DNA of 44,861 nucleotides from Alloascoidea hylecoeti (taxonomy: Eukaryota): contig BCKZ01000048.1 of assembly GCA_001600815.1 (NCBI GenBank), positions 1 through 44,861 of the forward strand, read 5' to 3'. The translations under genes and the position numbers were made by a program. Shown piece after piece: positions 1 through 9,910 of this stretch (positions within the stretch are counted from its first letter, which is position 1; each line of letters opens with the position of its first letter). The notes beneath the pieces were generated by a model, which was not told where the DNA came from, ran no database searches, and saw only the letters and a program-made list of their open reading frames with translations.

Positions 1-2
1 AA

Positions 3-1817
3 TTCATATTACTTGCTAGTTTCTTATTATTTTTAAGAATTGGTTATATATCTTTACCTTATATGAATGGTGATCCAAATTATTTTTTATCGCTACCCAG
101 ATATAAACATTTGAAACCAATTTATGATAATGATATTGAAATATCAGAAGAATATGCTTCTCTTTCACAAAGAGCTGTATCGTTCTCATTTTTATCAAAA
201 AATTCTTTTGAATTGATATGGTATTTAATACTGTTGAAATTTTATTATGAGATTGCACCAGAATATGGTGAGAAAGTATGTATGGAAAACAATTCAATAA
301 TATTAGGTCGAATATGTGAAATTGCTCTTTCGTTGGACTTAAACAGAGATCCTGATATAATTAATAGCGATTATAGTGAAACGTTTAAATATCAACGGAG
401 ACAAATATGGACAATCGTACTAATGACTGATACACTGCAATCATCCGATATGGGTACGCCACTAATTTTGAATACCAATTACAGTGATACAAGTCCTTTG
501 AAATTATTTGAATCCGTCGAGAATGATCCAATATTTCAAGCAGAGGTCGAGTATTATCAATTGCTATATACAGTATGTCAATATGTAAGAGAATCAATTC
601 AGCTATCATTGAACTTGAAAATAAAAGCAAGAAGATCAAATCTAGAATCAATAACNGAAAAAATGTTAATTTTTCTTTTGGAAACTAAACCATCATTTAC
701 AGATCTATTTCATCGTATAACAGATGAAGATTTATTAAATAGAAATAAAAGATTGCGATTAATTAACCTAAGGATTGAGATCTTAGGATATATTCATACA
801 TCTTATTATATTTTATATCTTAATACTGGACCAGAAGAAAAAGAATTAAATAATAAATATTTCAGATATGCAAGTCTAACTACAATGGTTCTTTTCTATT
901 TTTCACTTGAACATTTAAATAATTGTAATGAATATTTTGGTTATGGAGTTTTATCAATAATATCACCAATTTTATTAAAAGCAGTATTAAAAGCAAGCAT
1001 GTTTATTGTATCAATTTTATTACGCAGTCAAATACCTGAATATTTATATTCTNTACCGAGTCTTGATTTTATTTATAAATCAAATCCAGATGGTGTATCA
1101 TCAACAACAGAATCAGGAAACGAAATTTTGAGATCAGATGAATTTCGAGAAGCTTCAAAACGATCGTTAATGTCGGTAATATTGGAACTTGAAAAGGTTA
1201 CAAATAGATATTCACTCGTTTATTTTTACGCACGGAAAATATCGTTTGTCGCATCACTTATAGTGAAAACATCTCAAAATAAAGTTGTTTTTAATAATAA
1301 TACTATTGATGATGATTTCGGTTCAGTAGCAGAGTTTAATTCTTTTTACAACATTAGCGCTAACAAGGAGATTAATTTAGCAGGTAGTAAAATAGATTCT
1401 TTGATGTCAGATAATATTATTAATGNCAACTTGTTTAATACAAATTTAAACAAAAAGAATGAAATTGAAACTGACAATGGCAATGAAAATCATGAATCGC
1501 AAAATACAGCTAATATTTGTAATATAATTCATGAGTTTAATTCGGTGAACAATACTGATCACTATCTTACTAGTCCCATGGCCAGACATTTTCAATTTTC
1601 CTATTTGGCTGATTCAAATTTCTCCGATCAATTACAACACCATAATAATAATAATAACTCAAATAATACTAATGGAATGTATGGAAAAAATGTCAATATT
1701 AATGATGATACTGATATAAATATGGATGATATTTCACATTTTGATACAGCTGACTTAGATATGCCTTATGATTGTGTACCCTTTTCAATTGAATGGTTNA
1801 ATGGTGAAGTANTATAA
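3..1817 (+). CDS. Fungal-specific transcription factor domain protein (Zn2Cys6-family middle homology region), 5'-partial
   Basis: The frame is open from position 3 (FILLASFLLFLRIG...), so the gene starts before the window. Motif IALSLDLNRDP...YQRRQIWTIVLMTDTLQSSDMGTP fits the Fungal_trans pattern A..LGL.RDP...RRR.W......D...S...G.P. Asn-rich, acidic C-terminus. The Zn cluster itself is not in the window. Confidence 0.8.
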   Translation, partial: FILLASFLLFLRIGYISLPYMNGDPNYFLSLPRYKHLKPIYDNDIEISEEYASLSQRAVSFSFLSKNSFELIWYLILLKFYYEIAPEYGEKVCMENNSIILGRICEIALSLDLNRDPDIINSDYSETFKYQRRQIWTIVLMTDTLQSSDMGTPLILNTNYSDTSPLKLFESVENDPIFQAEVEYYQLLYTVCQYVRESIQLSLNLKIKARRSNLESIXEKMLIFLLETKPSFTDLFHRITDEDLLNRNKRLRLINLRIEILGYIHTSYYILYLNTGPEEKELNNKYFRYASLTTMVLFYFSLEHLNNCNEYFGYGVLSIISPILLKAVLKASMFIVSILLRSQIPEYLYSXPSLDFIYKSNPDGVSSTTESGNEILRSDEFREASKRSLMSVILELEKVTNRYSLVYFYARKISFVASLIVKTSQNKVVFNNNTIDDDFGSVAEFNSFYNISANKEINLAGSKIDSLMSDNIINXNLFNTNLNKKNEIETDNGNENHESQNTANICNIIHEFNSVNNTDHYLTSPMARHFQFSYLADSNFSDQLQHHNNNNNSNNTNGMYGKNVNINDDTDINMDDISHFDTADLDMPYDCVPFSIEWXNGEVX

Positions 1818-2484
1818 ATTTTATTTTCAAAATTAGATATAAAACTGTTTNTTTAGATTTAATCTAATCTCATAATAGTTAAAGAGCGTTGAGTAATCTA
1901 AAAATAAAATATTTCTATTTGTTTTCAAATTATCACAAGATAATAATCTTTATATATGCCCTTAGCCTCCGCTTAATTTAGGCCGTATTGAAGAATTATC
2001 GGNAACTACTTCATTAAATTTTGGTTAACAAATTGAGGTTGTATAGTCAAGTTGAAACTTTCATCTAAGATTGAACAAGATGTTCACTTTTGTTAAATAA
2101 AACGGACATTTGGCGACGGAAACTTAATTAAAACTAAATCGGGTAGTTACCTGAAAAGGATGAGATTAAGAAATTTATTTGAAATTATACAAAATTAAAA
2201 CTAACAATTTATCAAAAATAAGAGTAAAAATTGATAAACCCCAAGTTTAATTTAAATGAGTTGTAGTTTGCAGTGAAACATGTCCATTTTCATACTGGGA
2301 TTTGACCATTTTAGACCAAATATTCATATAAAGTTCGAATTATTTTGTCTCACAAGCTGCCAAATAATAGTGTTCAAGTGTATTCAATATGCATCTGTAA
2401 AACTGCCAAACAACCCTTTAAATGCATCACAACATGGTTTAAAAACCTCCACGTAACTCAACCTTCTCAATAATATCATGAATA

Positions 2485-3186
2485 ATGTTTATGAATGACC
2501 TTGAACCTCTACGTTATACATATGTCCTCTATAACTCATCTGATTCGGTTGCATACTTCCTTTCATACTGGTCATTGCTTCCAATTTTTGTAATGGTTAC
2601 TTATGCTGCTTGGTTTTTCACCCGTCGTGATATTGAACCAGCTATTATTGCCGGTGGACAGGTTGTCAACGATATAATTAATTCAATAATCAAACGTTTA
2701 ATAAAACAAGAGAGACCAATATATGCTACTTTGGATCGAGGTTATGGAATGCCAAGTGCCCATGCTCAATTTATGGGTTTCTGTGCAACGTATCTAACAT
2801 TAAAGATTTTATACCATTGGTATCCAACAGCAAAATTCACTAATAATATTAAAAATGATAACAAAAATAATCAATTTGAATTCCTTGAAAAATCATTTTG
2901 GATTTTTATATTATATCTTGGTGCATTAATGGTTTGTTTATCAAGAATTTATTTACATTATCATACTTGTTTTCAAGTATCTATTGGTTTTTTACTTGGT
3001 ATATTTTCGGCATCATGTTTTTTTATAATTATTGGCTTATTTAGAATTTATGGAATTGTTGATCTGGTTGTTAATTCGCCATGTGGAAAATTCTTTTATA
3101 TTAGAGATGATTATTATGGCGGTAAAAGTTTTAAAGAAGAATATGATGAATGGATTATGAGGAGAAAACTGGAGAAAAATAAATAA
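2485..3186 (+). CDS. CAX4: Dolichyl pyrophosphate phosphatase (PAP2 family)
   Basis: PAP2 motifs KRLIKQERP, YGMPSAHAQF and SRIYLHYH; N-terminal TYVLY...SLLPIF typical of Cax4/Cwh8; several hydrophobic segments. Confidence 0.93.
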   Translation: MFMNDLEPLRYTYVLYNSSDSVAYFLSYWSLLPIFVMVTYAAWFFTRRDIEPAIIAGGQVVNDIINSIIKRLIKQERPIYATLDRGYGMPSAHAQFMGFCATYLTLKILYHWYPTAKFTNNIKNDNKNNQFEFLEKSFWIFILYLGALMVCLSRIYLHYHTCFQVSIGFLLGIFSASCFFIIIGLFRIYGIVDLVVNSPCGKFFYIRDDYYGGKSFKEEYDEWIMRRKLEKNK

Positions 3187-3365
3187 TATTATCATTATTT
3201 ATCATTATTGCTAAAAATTTATAGAAAATAGATCTTTGTATCAGTATAAAAAGCAGGTATAGATTTAATTACAGCTTTTTTTAACTTGCAATTGTTAACA
3301 TGTTTATAATAATAACACAAATAGATATACTATATAATAAATATATAAAAGTTTATGAAAATCGT

Positions 3366-4991
3366 TTAACCGATATTAATGCGACGAGCTGAGTTTGAAT
3401 AAGCATTATAACTAATCTCAACAATTTCTTCTTCTGGAAATGATAAAAATGGAATATCATTAACTGAACAAGCCATTAAATATCCATATAAAACTCTTAA
3501 AACACTTTCATGTGCAATAACTAAAATATCACCATACATTCTTTCCATTTCTAAAATCAATGGTTCCATTCTGACAGCTAAATCATGATAAGATTCTGCT
3601 CTTGGATATCTATGATGATAAGGATCCTTTTCATGTTTTGCAAACTCAGTTGGAAATTTCTTTTTAATTTCTTCATCGGTTAGTTTTTCTGCATCACCTG
3701 GATTTAATTGAGTTAATTGAGACCTTTGCCTTGTTATTATACCAACTTCTTTAAAAAATTGGGCAGTTTCAGCTGTTCTTAATCTAGGAGAGGTCCAAAC
3801 AACAAATGAATCATCGTTAATTCCATCATGACCATGTGGAGTTTGTCTACCACCGATACCACCAGCTTCAACTTTCCCATCGGATTTTAAATCTTGTGGA
3901 TCAACAAATTTACTCTTATCAACGAAATTAGATAATTGATCAACAGTTAAATTAACAGCAACAGCATTCCTATCCCACTTTGCTTGACTTTGTTGTTTTA
4001 TTTTAATCTTATTCATAATTGTATCAGTTAATGTATGAGCATATTTTAAACCATTTTCTGATAATGATGGATCTAATTTGTAAATCAATTCAGAATTTGT
4101 TTCATCGATTTTTTTTAAATTGGTATTAAATTGTTTAATACTTTCACCAGCTCTTGCAAAATAAACACTACCAGATTTTAATCTTGTGTTTAATAAAAAA
4201 AATACAATTCTATTTAATAAATAACCATATTGAGAATTATTAACAATTAATTTTTGACCAAAATTTATAATTTTTATAAAACTTAAATCTTTTTCATTAA
4301 TTTCTTCATAACTATTAATTTTTGTTTCAACTCTTGATAAATAATCTTTAATTGATGAATCATTATCCCAATTATAATAATCTGGTGAATTACTTGCTTC
4401 TTTTATATTTCTTAATAATATTTCTGGATCAGTTATTAATGTTTCAATAAATAATGGTTTAATATTAATTTTTTTAAATTCATCAATTAAATTCTTTCGT
4501 TCTTTAACTGTACCATTAACAGCGTCAAAAATCGCAACTTGACCTCTATCTTCTTTGAAGAATTTATTCATATCATTAAGACATTTTCTTAAAATTCTTG
4601 CTTTTTTTTCTTTTGTTTCGGTACTTGGATCCGAAACAAAAAAATCTGGTGGTAATTCATCAGCATCTGCGTTTGTGGTTAAAAATCGACGATAATCACC
4701 TAAATGAAAAGGATGTGTTTTAACGCCTAACCATAATAAATATCTCGTTAAAGAAACCGAATAGTGAGTTTTACCACGAGCAGGTAAACCACATAAAACA
4801 ATACAAAGCTTCCCGGCATGGAATAATCGACCTGATTCTGTGGAGTAAAGCTGAGCGGGGGAAACATGGAAAGGAGATAAAGAATCGTGTATTCCATCCA
4901 TGTCGACATTTCCACTTGTGCCGTCTGTGGAGTTTCTTTCTAAAGGAGTAGCTCCGAGTCCATAGTTCAGTTCTATACTTGATGCTGACAT
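3366..4991 (-). CDS. 6-phosphofructo-2-kinase/fructose-2,6-bisphosphatase-like protein (YLR345W-like)
   Basis: LYSTESGRLFHAG, P-loop GLPARGKT, GQVAIFDAVN, DPYHHRYPRAESYHDLAVRMEPLILEMER, IAHESVLRVLYGY. The first ATG in frame is at 4991; the ORF-track start at 5051 is GTG. Confidence 0.9.
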   Translation of the reverse strand: MSASSIELNYGLGATPLERNSTDGTSGNVDMDGIHDSLSPFHVSPAQLYSTESGRLFHAGKLCIVLCGLPARGKTHYSVSLTRYLLWLGVKTHPFHLGDYRRFLTTNADADELPPDFFVSDPSTETKEKKARILRKCLNDMNKFFKEDRGQVAIFDAVNGTVKERKNLIDEFKKINIKPLFIETLITDPEILLRNIKEASNSPDYYNWDNDSSIKDYLSRVETKINSYEEINEKDLSFIKIINFGQKLIVNNSQYGYLLNRIVFFLLNTRLKSGSVYFARAGESIKQFNTNLKKIDETNSELIYKLDPSLSENGLKYAHTLTDTIMNKIKIKQQSQAKWDRNAVAVNLTVDQLSNFVDKSKFVDPQDLKSDGKVEAGGIGGRQTPHGHDGINDDSFVVWTSPRLRTAETAQFFKEVGIITRQRSQLTQLNPGDAEKLTDEEIKKKFPTEFAKHEKDPYHHRYPRAESYHDLAVRMEPLILEMERMYGDILVIAHESVLRVLYGYLMACSVNDIPFLSFPEEEIVEISYNAYSNSARRINIG

Positions 4992-5192
4992 TATTAATAG
5001 ATCAATTGTGAGACATAGAAAAGAAGGTTTTGGACCGTTCTCGGTATCCACACAATAGTCGGATGAATGGATGGATGTAAGATATAAATGCTTCTCACAA
5101 ATTATTTACATTTAAACAAGATTTGATTTTGAATATAGAGTACATTACAATTAGATTAGATTAAAAAGAGATATTTATGTTTATGTGCAAGT

Positions 5193-5990
5193 TTACTCGA
5201 CGTTAACACCTCCTTTTCTCTTTAAGATAGCTTTTCTATCTTTATCGAGTTTTAAATTTGTAATGACAACCTTTGATGGATGAATATTTAATGGAACACT
5301 GGCACCATTGGCCTTTTCTTTTGCTAATTTTTCAACTTGAATACCAAACTTTAAACGATAGACTGTTGTAACTTTGCCCTCATGTCCTTTCTTGGATCCA
5401 CGGACAACGAGAACTTCATCATCTTTACGGATTGGAATTGAACGAACCTTATATTTTTCACGCAATTCTTTTGATAGTGGTGCAGATAAAAGGGTTCTTC
5501 TTTCTGATGATGGGGCATTGAAGTAGGCATAACGAGCCTTTCTTCTTGAACTAGAAACGTCTAAATTATATTTATTTAGTAAAAAGAAATCATAATTATA
5601 TTGATTAAAATCAATTGCAATGAGTTGTAGATTTAGGAGTTCAATTGGAGTTTGTTTATATTTAAGTATTCAAAAATTGTATGTGACGTTACTTCTTTTG
5701 TTGAGAAATGGACTACCATTTGATTTTGATAGTTGCAATGAATTGTGGTCTTAATATTTTACTTCATTTGATACATTACGATTCTCCAATTATTACTGTT
5801 ATTATGTTAATTATCTGATTATCTGATTTGATTTGTGTTTTATCGATTTCCTTCTTATAGTTCAATATTTCACTCAAAACTTAACCCACCTCGTTCTGTA
5901 ACAAACTCCAATATTATATCCATAAAAAAACGACATCTCATATTCATCTCATTCGCAGTATTTAAACATACCTTGTGAAACCTTAGCCAT
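5193..5990 (-). CDS. RPL26: 60S ribosomal protein L26 (uL24), 2 exons
   Basis: Exon 1 5990-5972 (MAKVSQ+G), intron 5971-5561 (GTATGT...TACTAAA...TTTAG), exon 2 5560-5193. Spliced product: [28 protein letters not shown]...[18 protein letters not shown]...IHPSKVVIT. Confidence 0.96.
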
Positions 5991-6093
5991 TGTTGAATTT
6001 GGTATACTATGCAATAATGTTGTTGTTTGATATATTTTACTTTCCATGAATTTTGCGATTATTCCATGGCATGCTGATATGTACGCATCATGA

Positions 6094-6128
6094 TAGGGTT
6101 GCGCCCTACATTATCGGAGGTCGGGTAA
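6094..6128. promoter_or_regulatory. RPL26 promoter elements: inverted TAGGG-N5-CCCTA (Tbf1-like) and CGGGTAA (Reb1-like)
   Basis: TAGGG 6094-6098 and CCCTA 6104-6108, plus TCGGGTAA 6121-6128, 100-140 bp upstream of the RPL26 ATG. Motif match only. Confidence 0.45.
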
Positions 6129-6612
6129 CTTTCACAACAAACGTAATGTTGTAATTCATTATCAGTAAATCCAAGATTATTTTCTTTTACAATATTGAAT
6201 TCGCTACATTTTAATTAGATTCGGCGTATCATTCTAGGTGAAGAATATCTTTGATTCCAATAGATTTTTCAAAAAGTGGAGTTTTGCGTTTACTATCTGG
6301 TGATAATAATCGCTAGCTCGAACGGAGATCTTCAGATATACGTAGCATGCATTTTCTGTTTGATCGTTTTTTAATCTAGAGGATAAAAAGAAATGAAGAA
6401 AGTATATAAAATTATAGTTTATCTTATCATGGTGGCATTTTTACGAAGTCTAGAATATATTTTATTTGAAGCGTTAGCAGCTTTCATCGTTCTATTTGTG
6501 CTCTTGTATAGAATATTTTGAGTTCGATAACAATTCAAAACATCCATGGACTCGGATTGGCCGCAAGAGCATCCGCACTGAGGTCAAATACCAAAAAATT
6601 AAAAAAATCAAT

Positions 6613-6699
6613 CTCCCACACAGGGGCTCGAACCCTGGACATTTCGGTCGACTTTTAGGTCTTAAAAGCCGAACGCTCTACCAACTGAGCTATGCGGGA
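6613..6699 (-). tRNA. tRNA-Lys(UUU) with 14-nt intron
   Basis: Minus strand reads TCCCGCA-TA-GCTCAGTTGGTAGAGC-G-TTCGG-CTTTTA-[AGACCTAAAAGTCG]-A-CCGAA-ATGTC-CAGGGTTCGAGCCCCTG-TGTGGGA-G. Full cloverleaf, intron after base 37 (6649-6662), downstream T-run Pol III terminator. Confidence 0.97.
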
Positions 6700-6755
6700 T
6701 ATTTCATGACATTGAATTTACCCTTATTGTATTGTATTGTGAACTGTGTGTGTGT

Positions 6756-7489
6756 AAGCCACTCGACAAAGGGAGATTAATTACATATTTGAAAGCGTGG
6801 AGAGTAATAATAAATAACACAAAACTAAGAAATATACCAACTACTAAAACGGTACCAAAATTGACAAATGAAGCGTTACAAAAACTGGTGGAAAACCCAG
6901 CAGGAGAAGATATCGAAAAAAGAATAAAAGACATGGAAGAAGAAAACATATCCAAATACTCGATTAAATCAATAAGCCAAAAGTGGTATAATAAAAACAA
7001 AATTATATTGAAACTAAACAAATGGATGCAGTTAATTCCTGAACTAAAAAATGAAAATTGGAAGAAATGGTGGGGATTTATCAAAGAAACATATAAGGAA
7101 CACCCTGAGGAGACACAATGGATACATTTGCTCAGCTTGGGATATGTTACTCATATGCTACATCCAAACAAAAAAGCAAAACAATGGTGGCAAAAATCTG
7201 ATATTTGTAGTTTATGTCAACAAGGCAAAGACGACATATTACATCTATTTGAAGATTGCTCAATCATAAGAATACTAAAGAAGATGATGATAGGAAGAGA
7301 AAAAATTAGGATCAAATTATTGATCATAAATACAAAAGAAAACCATATAGAAAAAAATACACAAAAATAAGAAGAATAGAAAAAGAGGTTTTTATTTCAC
7401 TATATATAGTAGAGATTTCCTCAGAAGTTACATAGGTTAGTTTTATAATTTAATTGGAAAATATATGAAAACTTTAAAAAAAAAAAAAA
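6756..7489 (+). mobile_element. 5'-truncated L1-clade non-LTR retrotransposon (ORF2 C-terminus with CCHC zinc finger, 3' region, poly(A))
   Basis: ORF 6732-7370 contains W-rich ENWKKWW and CSLCQQGKDDILHLFEDC (C-x2-C-x8-H-x4-C, zf-RVT-like). The coding strand is A-rich and ends in A14 at 7476-7489. The 5' boundary is approximate (after a TG run). No TSD seen. Confidence 0.8.
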
Positions 7490-7829
7490 CACGGAAAAAA
7501 GAGAAATAAAGAAGAAACGGAGGTTTTATACTCTTGGAGTGATTTCCTCAATTGGACAGTTTTTAATTAGAAGATTTAAATTATTTAGATATTTTAATTG
7601 CAAATTATATGTAAAGTTAAAATTGGTTCACCAATTCTGGACGTCTTCGATTACCGCTTTTTTGTTTGATTATATAAGGAGAAATCCTAAAATTGATATA
7701 TATGAAACCGACCGTGGCATATCTAAATATTATTGCAATTAAATTCTATGAGTGATTTCCTCAATTGATTAGTTTCTAGTTAGAAGTCTTAATTGAAAAT
7801 TATATGTAAAGTTAGAAAGAAAAAAAGAA
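7490..7829 (+). repeat. Two further diverged copies of the retroelement 3' end
   Basis: GAGTGATTTCCTCAATTG is exact at 7537-7554 and 7750-7767 (compare AGAGATTTCCTCA 7411-7423). TTAATTGnAAAwTATATGwAAAsTT followed by an A-rich tail occurs at 7450, 7594 and 7789. Confidence 0.75.
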
Positions 7830-8514
7830 TACATGTAATCAATACTTGACCATAGTCTGAATTTAATCAGTGGTTAGTATTATTTATCTTCTCCAAATTA
7901 CAACAAAAAATCTGTTTTAAAATTAAAAGAGATCAGGATAATGAGGATCCACAAACCCATTGATATCGCGCTATGATCCTCCTGTTGCGGGCTTCCATCC
8001 CACGAAATCAATTAATATAGCATATCTTAGTCCGATCCCTCATAAAAAACCAAACTAGCAGGCCTGTCAATCCTAAGTTAAGTATAATTATTAATCCATC
8101 AGATATTCAACATAAATCAACAAGTTATACATAGTACCACAACGGAATATAACGAGTTTGAATCTTTCTCCATAAAATATTGCAAATAATTAAATATCAA
8201 ATACAAATGTCTTGTATTGAAGAGAAACAAAGCTCAATATATAAATTTGCAACGCTGGAAGTAAATTTCATCGCATGGATTTTTTCCTGGATTCATGAGA
8301 ATTTTAAGGTATATCAAACAAGAATAGGTCAAAAAATGAGCACAATATGGAACGTTTATAACAGTCGATTGTGAAATATGTTTAAAACAGTTTACAACCG
8401 GGATCATATACCGGTGAGTATAAAATTCGTTACAATCTTTGACGAATTACCCGGATCATCTGGGAAACATGAGAAAAAAATTATTGATACAAAATATTTC
8501 ACAAGTATCATAAA

Positions 8515-9735
8515 ATGTCTGAATTATTAGACTGTTGTAAATTTTTAAAACGGCCGATTTCAAAAGAAGCGAATTTGTCTGTCTTAAAGGAACAATTAAA
8601 ATCAGGTATTCCAGCAACTGTTACTACTGAAGAAGTTGAAAAGATTAGTAAATTAGAAGCATCTATACAAAAATCATTAGACAATCATAATGAAAATAAT
8701 GAAGTAGTTAATACAACGGAAACTGTTGATATCGAATTGGATCATGAAGACGGCAATGATAGTACTGGAACCACACCTTTACATTTAATTGTATTAAACT
8801 ATCCTTTAGATGCATCAGATAACGAAAAAAAGATTATCATAGAAATGATTGATATTTTATTTCAATATGGTGCTAGTTGGAACATATTAGATAAAAATGA
8901 TAAAACTCCTGGATGTATTGCATTAGATCGAAAATTAACAATTGAAATTTATAACTGTTTTGTTGAAGCTGGTACAAGAGCAGAAGTATTAATACGGCGA
9001 ATGAATATTGATGATGATCAAGAAGAAGAAATTTCAACTGTCATTGAACAAGATCCAACCGATCAAGAAACATACCTAAAGACAGAATTAGAGTATAAAG
9101 ATCATTCATTGGTAACAAAAGAAAGAAACGATGGTGTTATGATGGATTGGGAACAAGATATAATGAAACAAGCAACTGATATTATATTTAGCTCATCTGA
9201 ATTAAAACCTGATGGACCAATTGTTTTAAATATTGGTTTTGGTATGGGTATAATTGATAATTTTATACAATTGAAAAATCCAGTAAAGCATTATATTTGT
9301 GAGGCACATCCAGATGTATTAAAAAAATTAAAAGATGATGGTTGGTATAATAAAGAAAATGTTATTATATTAGAAGGTAGATGGCAAGAGACATTAGGTA
9401 AATTACTTAGTAAAGGAATTTATTTCGATGGGATTTATTATGATACATTTTCAGAAAATTATTCAAAAGATATGATTGATTTATTTGATTTTGTCGTTGG
9501 ATTATTAAAACCTGAAGGTGTGTTTTCATTCTTTAATGGTTTAGGCGCTGATAGACAGATCTGTTATGATGTATATAGAAGAGTTGTTCAAATTGATCTT
9601 GCTGATTATGGACTTGATGTTAAATATAAAGAAGTTTCAATTGACTTGAATGATAGTGTATGGGAAGGTATTCATAGATCATATTGGAGATGTTCTGTTT
9701 ATTATCATCCTATTATAAAATTTCAAAGTATATAG
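8515..9735 (+). CDS. RMT2: Protein arginine N-methyltransferase 2 (ankyrin-like + SAM-dependent MTase)
   Basis: GTTPLHL and GASWNILD..TPGCIA, VMMDWEQDIM, VLNIGFGMGIID, HYICEAHPDV, FDGIYYDTFSE, FSFFNGLGADRQICYDVY. Confidence 0.95.
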   Translation: MSELLDCCKFLKRPISKEANLSVLKEQLKSGIPATVTTEEVEKISKLEASIQKSLDNHNENNEVVNTTETVDIELDHEDGNDSTGTTPLHLIVLNYPLDASDNEKKIIIEMIDILFQYGASWNILDKNDKTPGCIALDRKLTIEIYNCFVEAGTRAEVLIRRMNIDDDQEEEISTVIEQDPTDQETYLKTELEYKDHSLVTKERNDGVMMDWEQDIMKQATDIIFSSSELKPDGPIVLNIGFGMGIIDNFIQLKNPVKHYICEAHPDVLKKLKDDGWYNKENVIILEGRWQETLGKLLSKGIYFDGIYYDTFSENYSKDMIDLFDFVVGLLKPEGVFSFFNGLGADRQICYDVYRRVVQIDLADYGLDVKYKEVSIDLNDSVWEGIHRSYWRCSVYYHPIIKFQSI

Positions 9736-9910
9736 TTCTATAATAGATAAATGCACTATAGATGATATCAGAATTGCAATTGTATAATTAGCAATTACCT
9801 TCTTTTTTATATCACTTTGAATTATCATAATTAAAGGGTATTATAGTTAAAGTTACCATCTGGGAGTACAAAAATACAAATGAATGAGAATAATATCAAT
9901 TCGTGAAAAT

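Noticed and set aside
656..2003. Seven isolated N bases (656, 1053, 1426, 1799, 1812, 1851, 2003)
   Set aside because: Most likely masked heterozygous or low-quality positions. They do not break the reading frame and are not a biological feature.
5561..5971. Possible intronic snoRNA in the long RPL26 intron
   Set aside because: No convincing box C/D pair or H/ACA hairpins on the sense strand.
6496..6780. 94-aa ORF across the tRNA and the 126-aa antisense ORF 6704-7084
   Set aside because: Chance frames overlapping the tRNA gene and the antisense strand of the A-rich LINE fragment.
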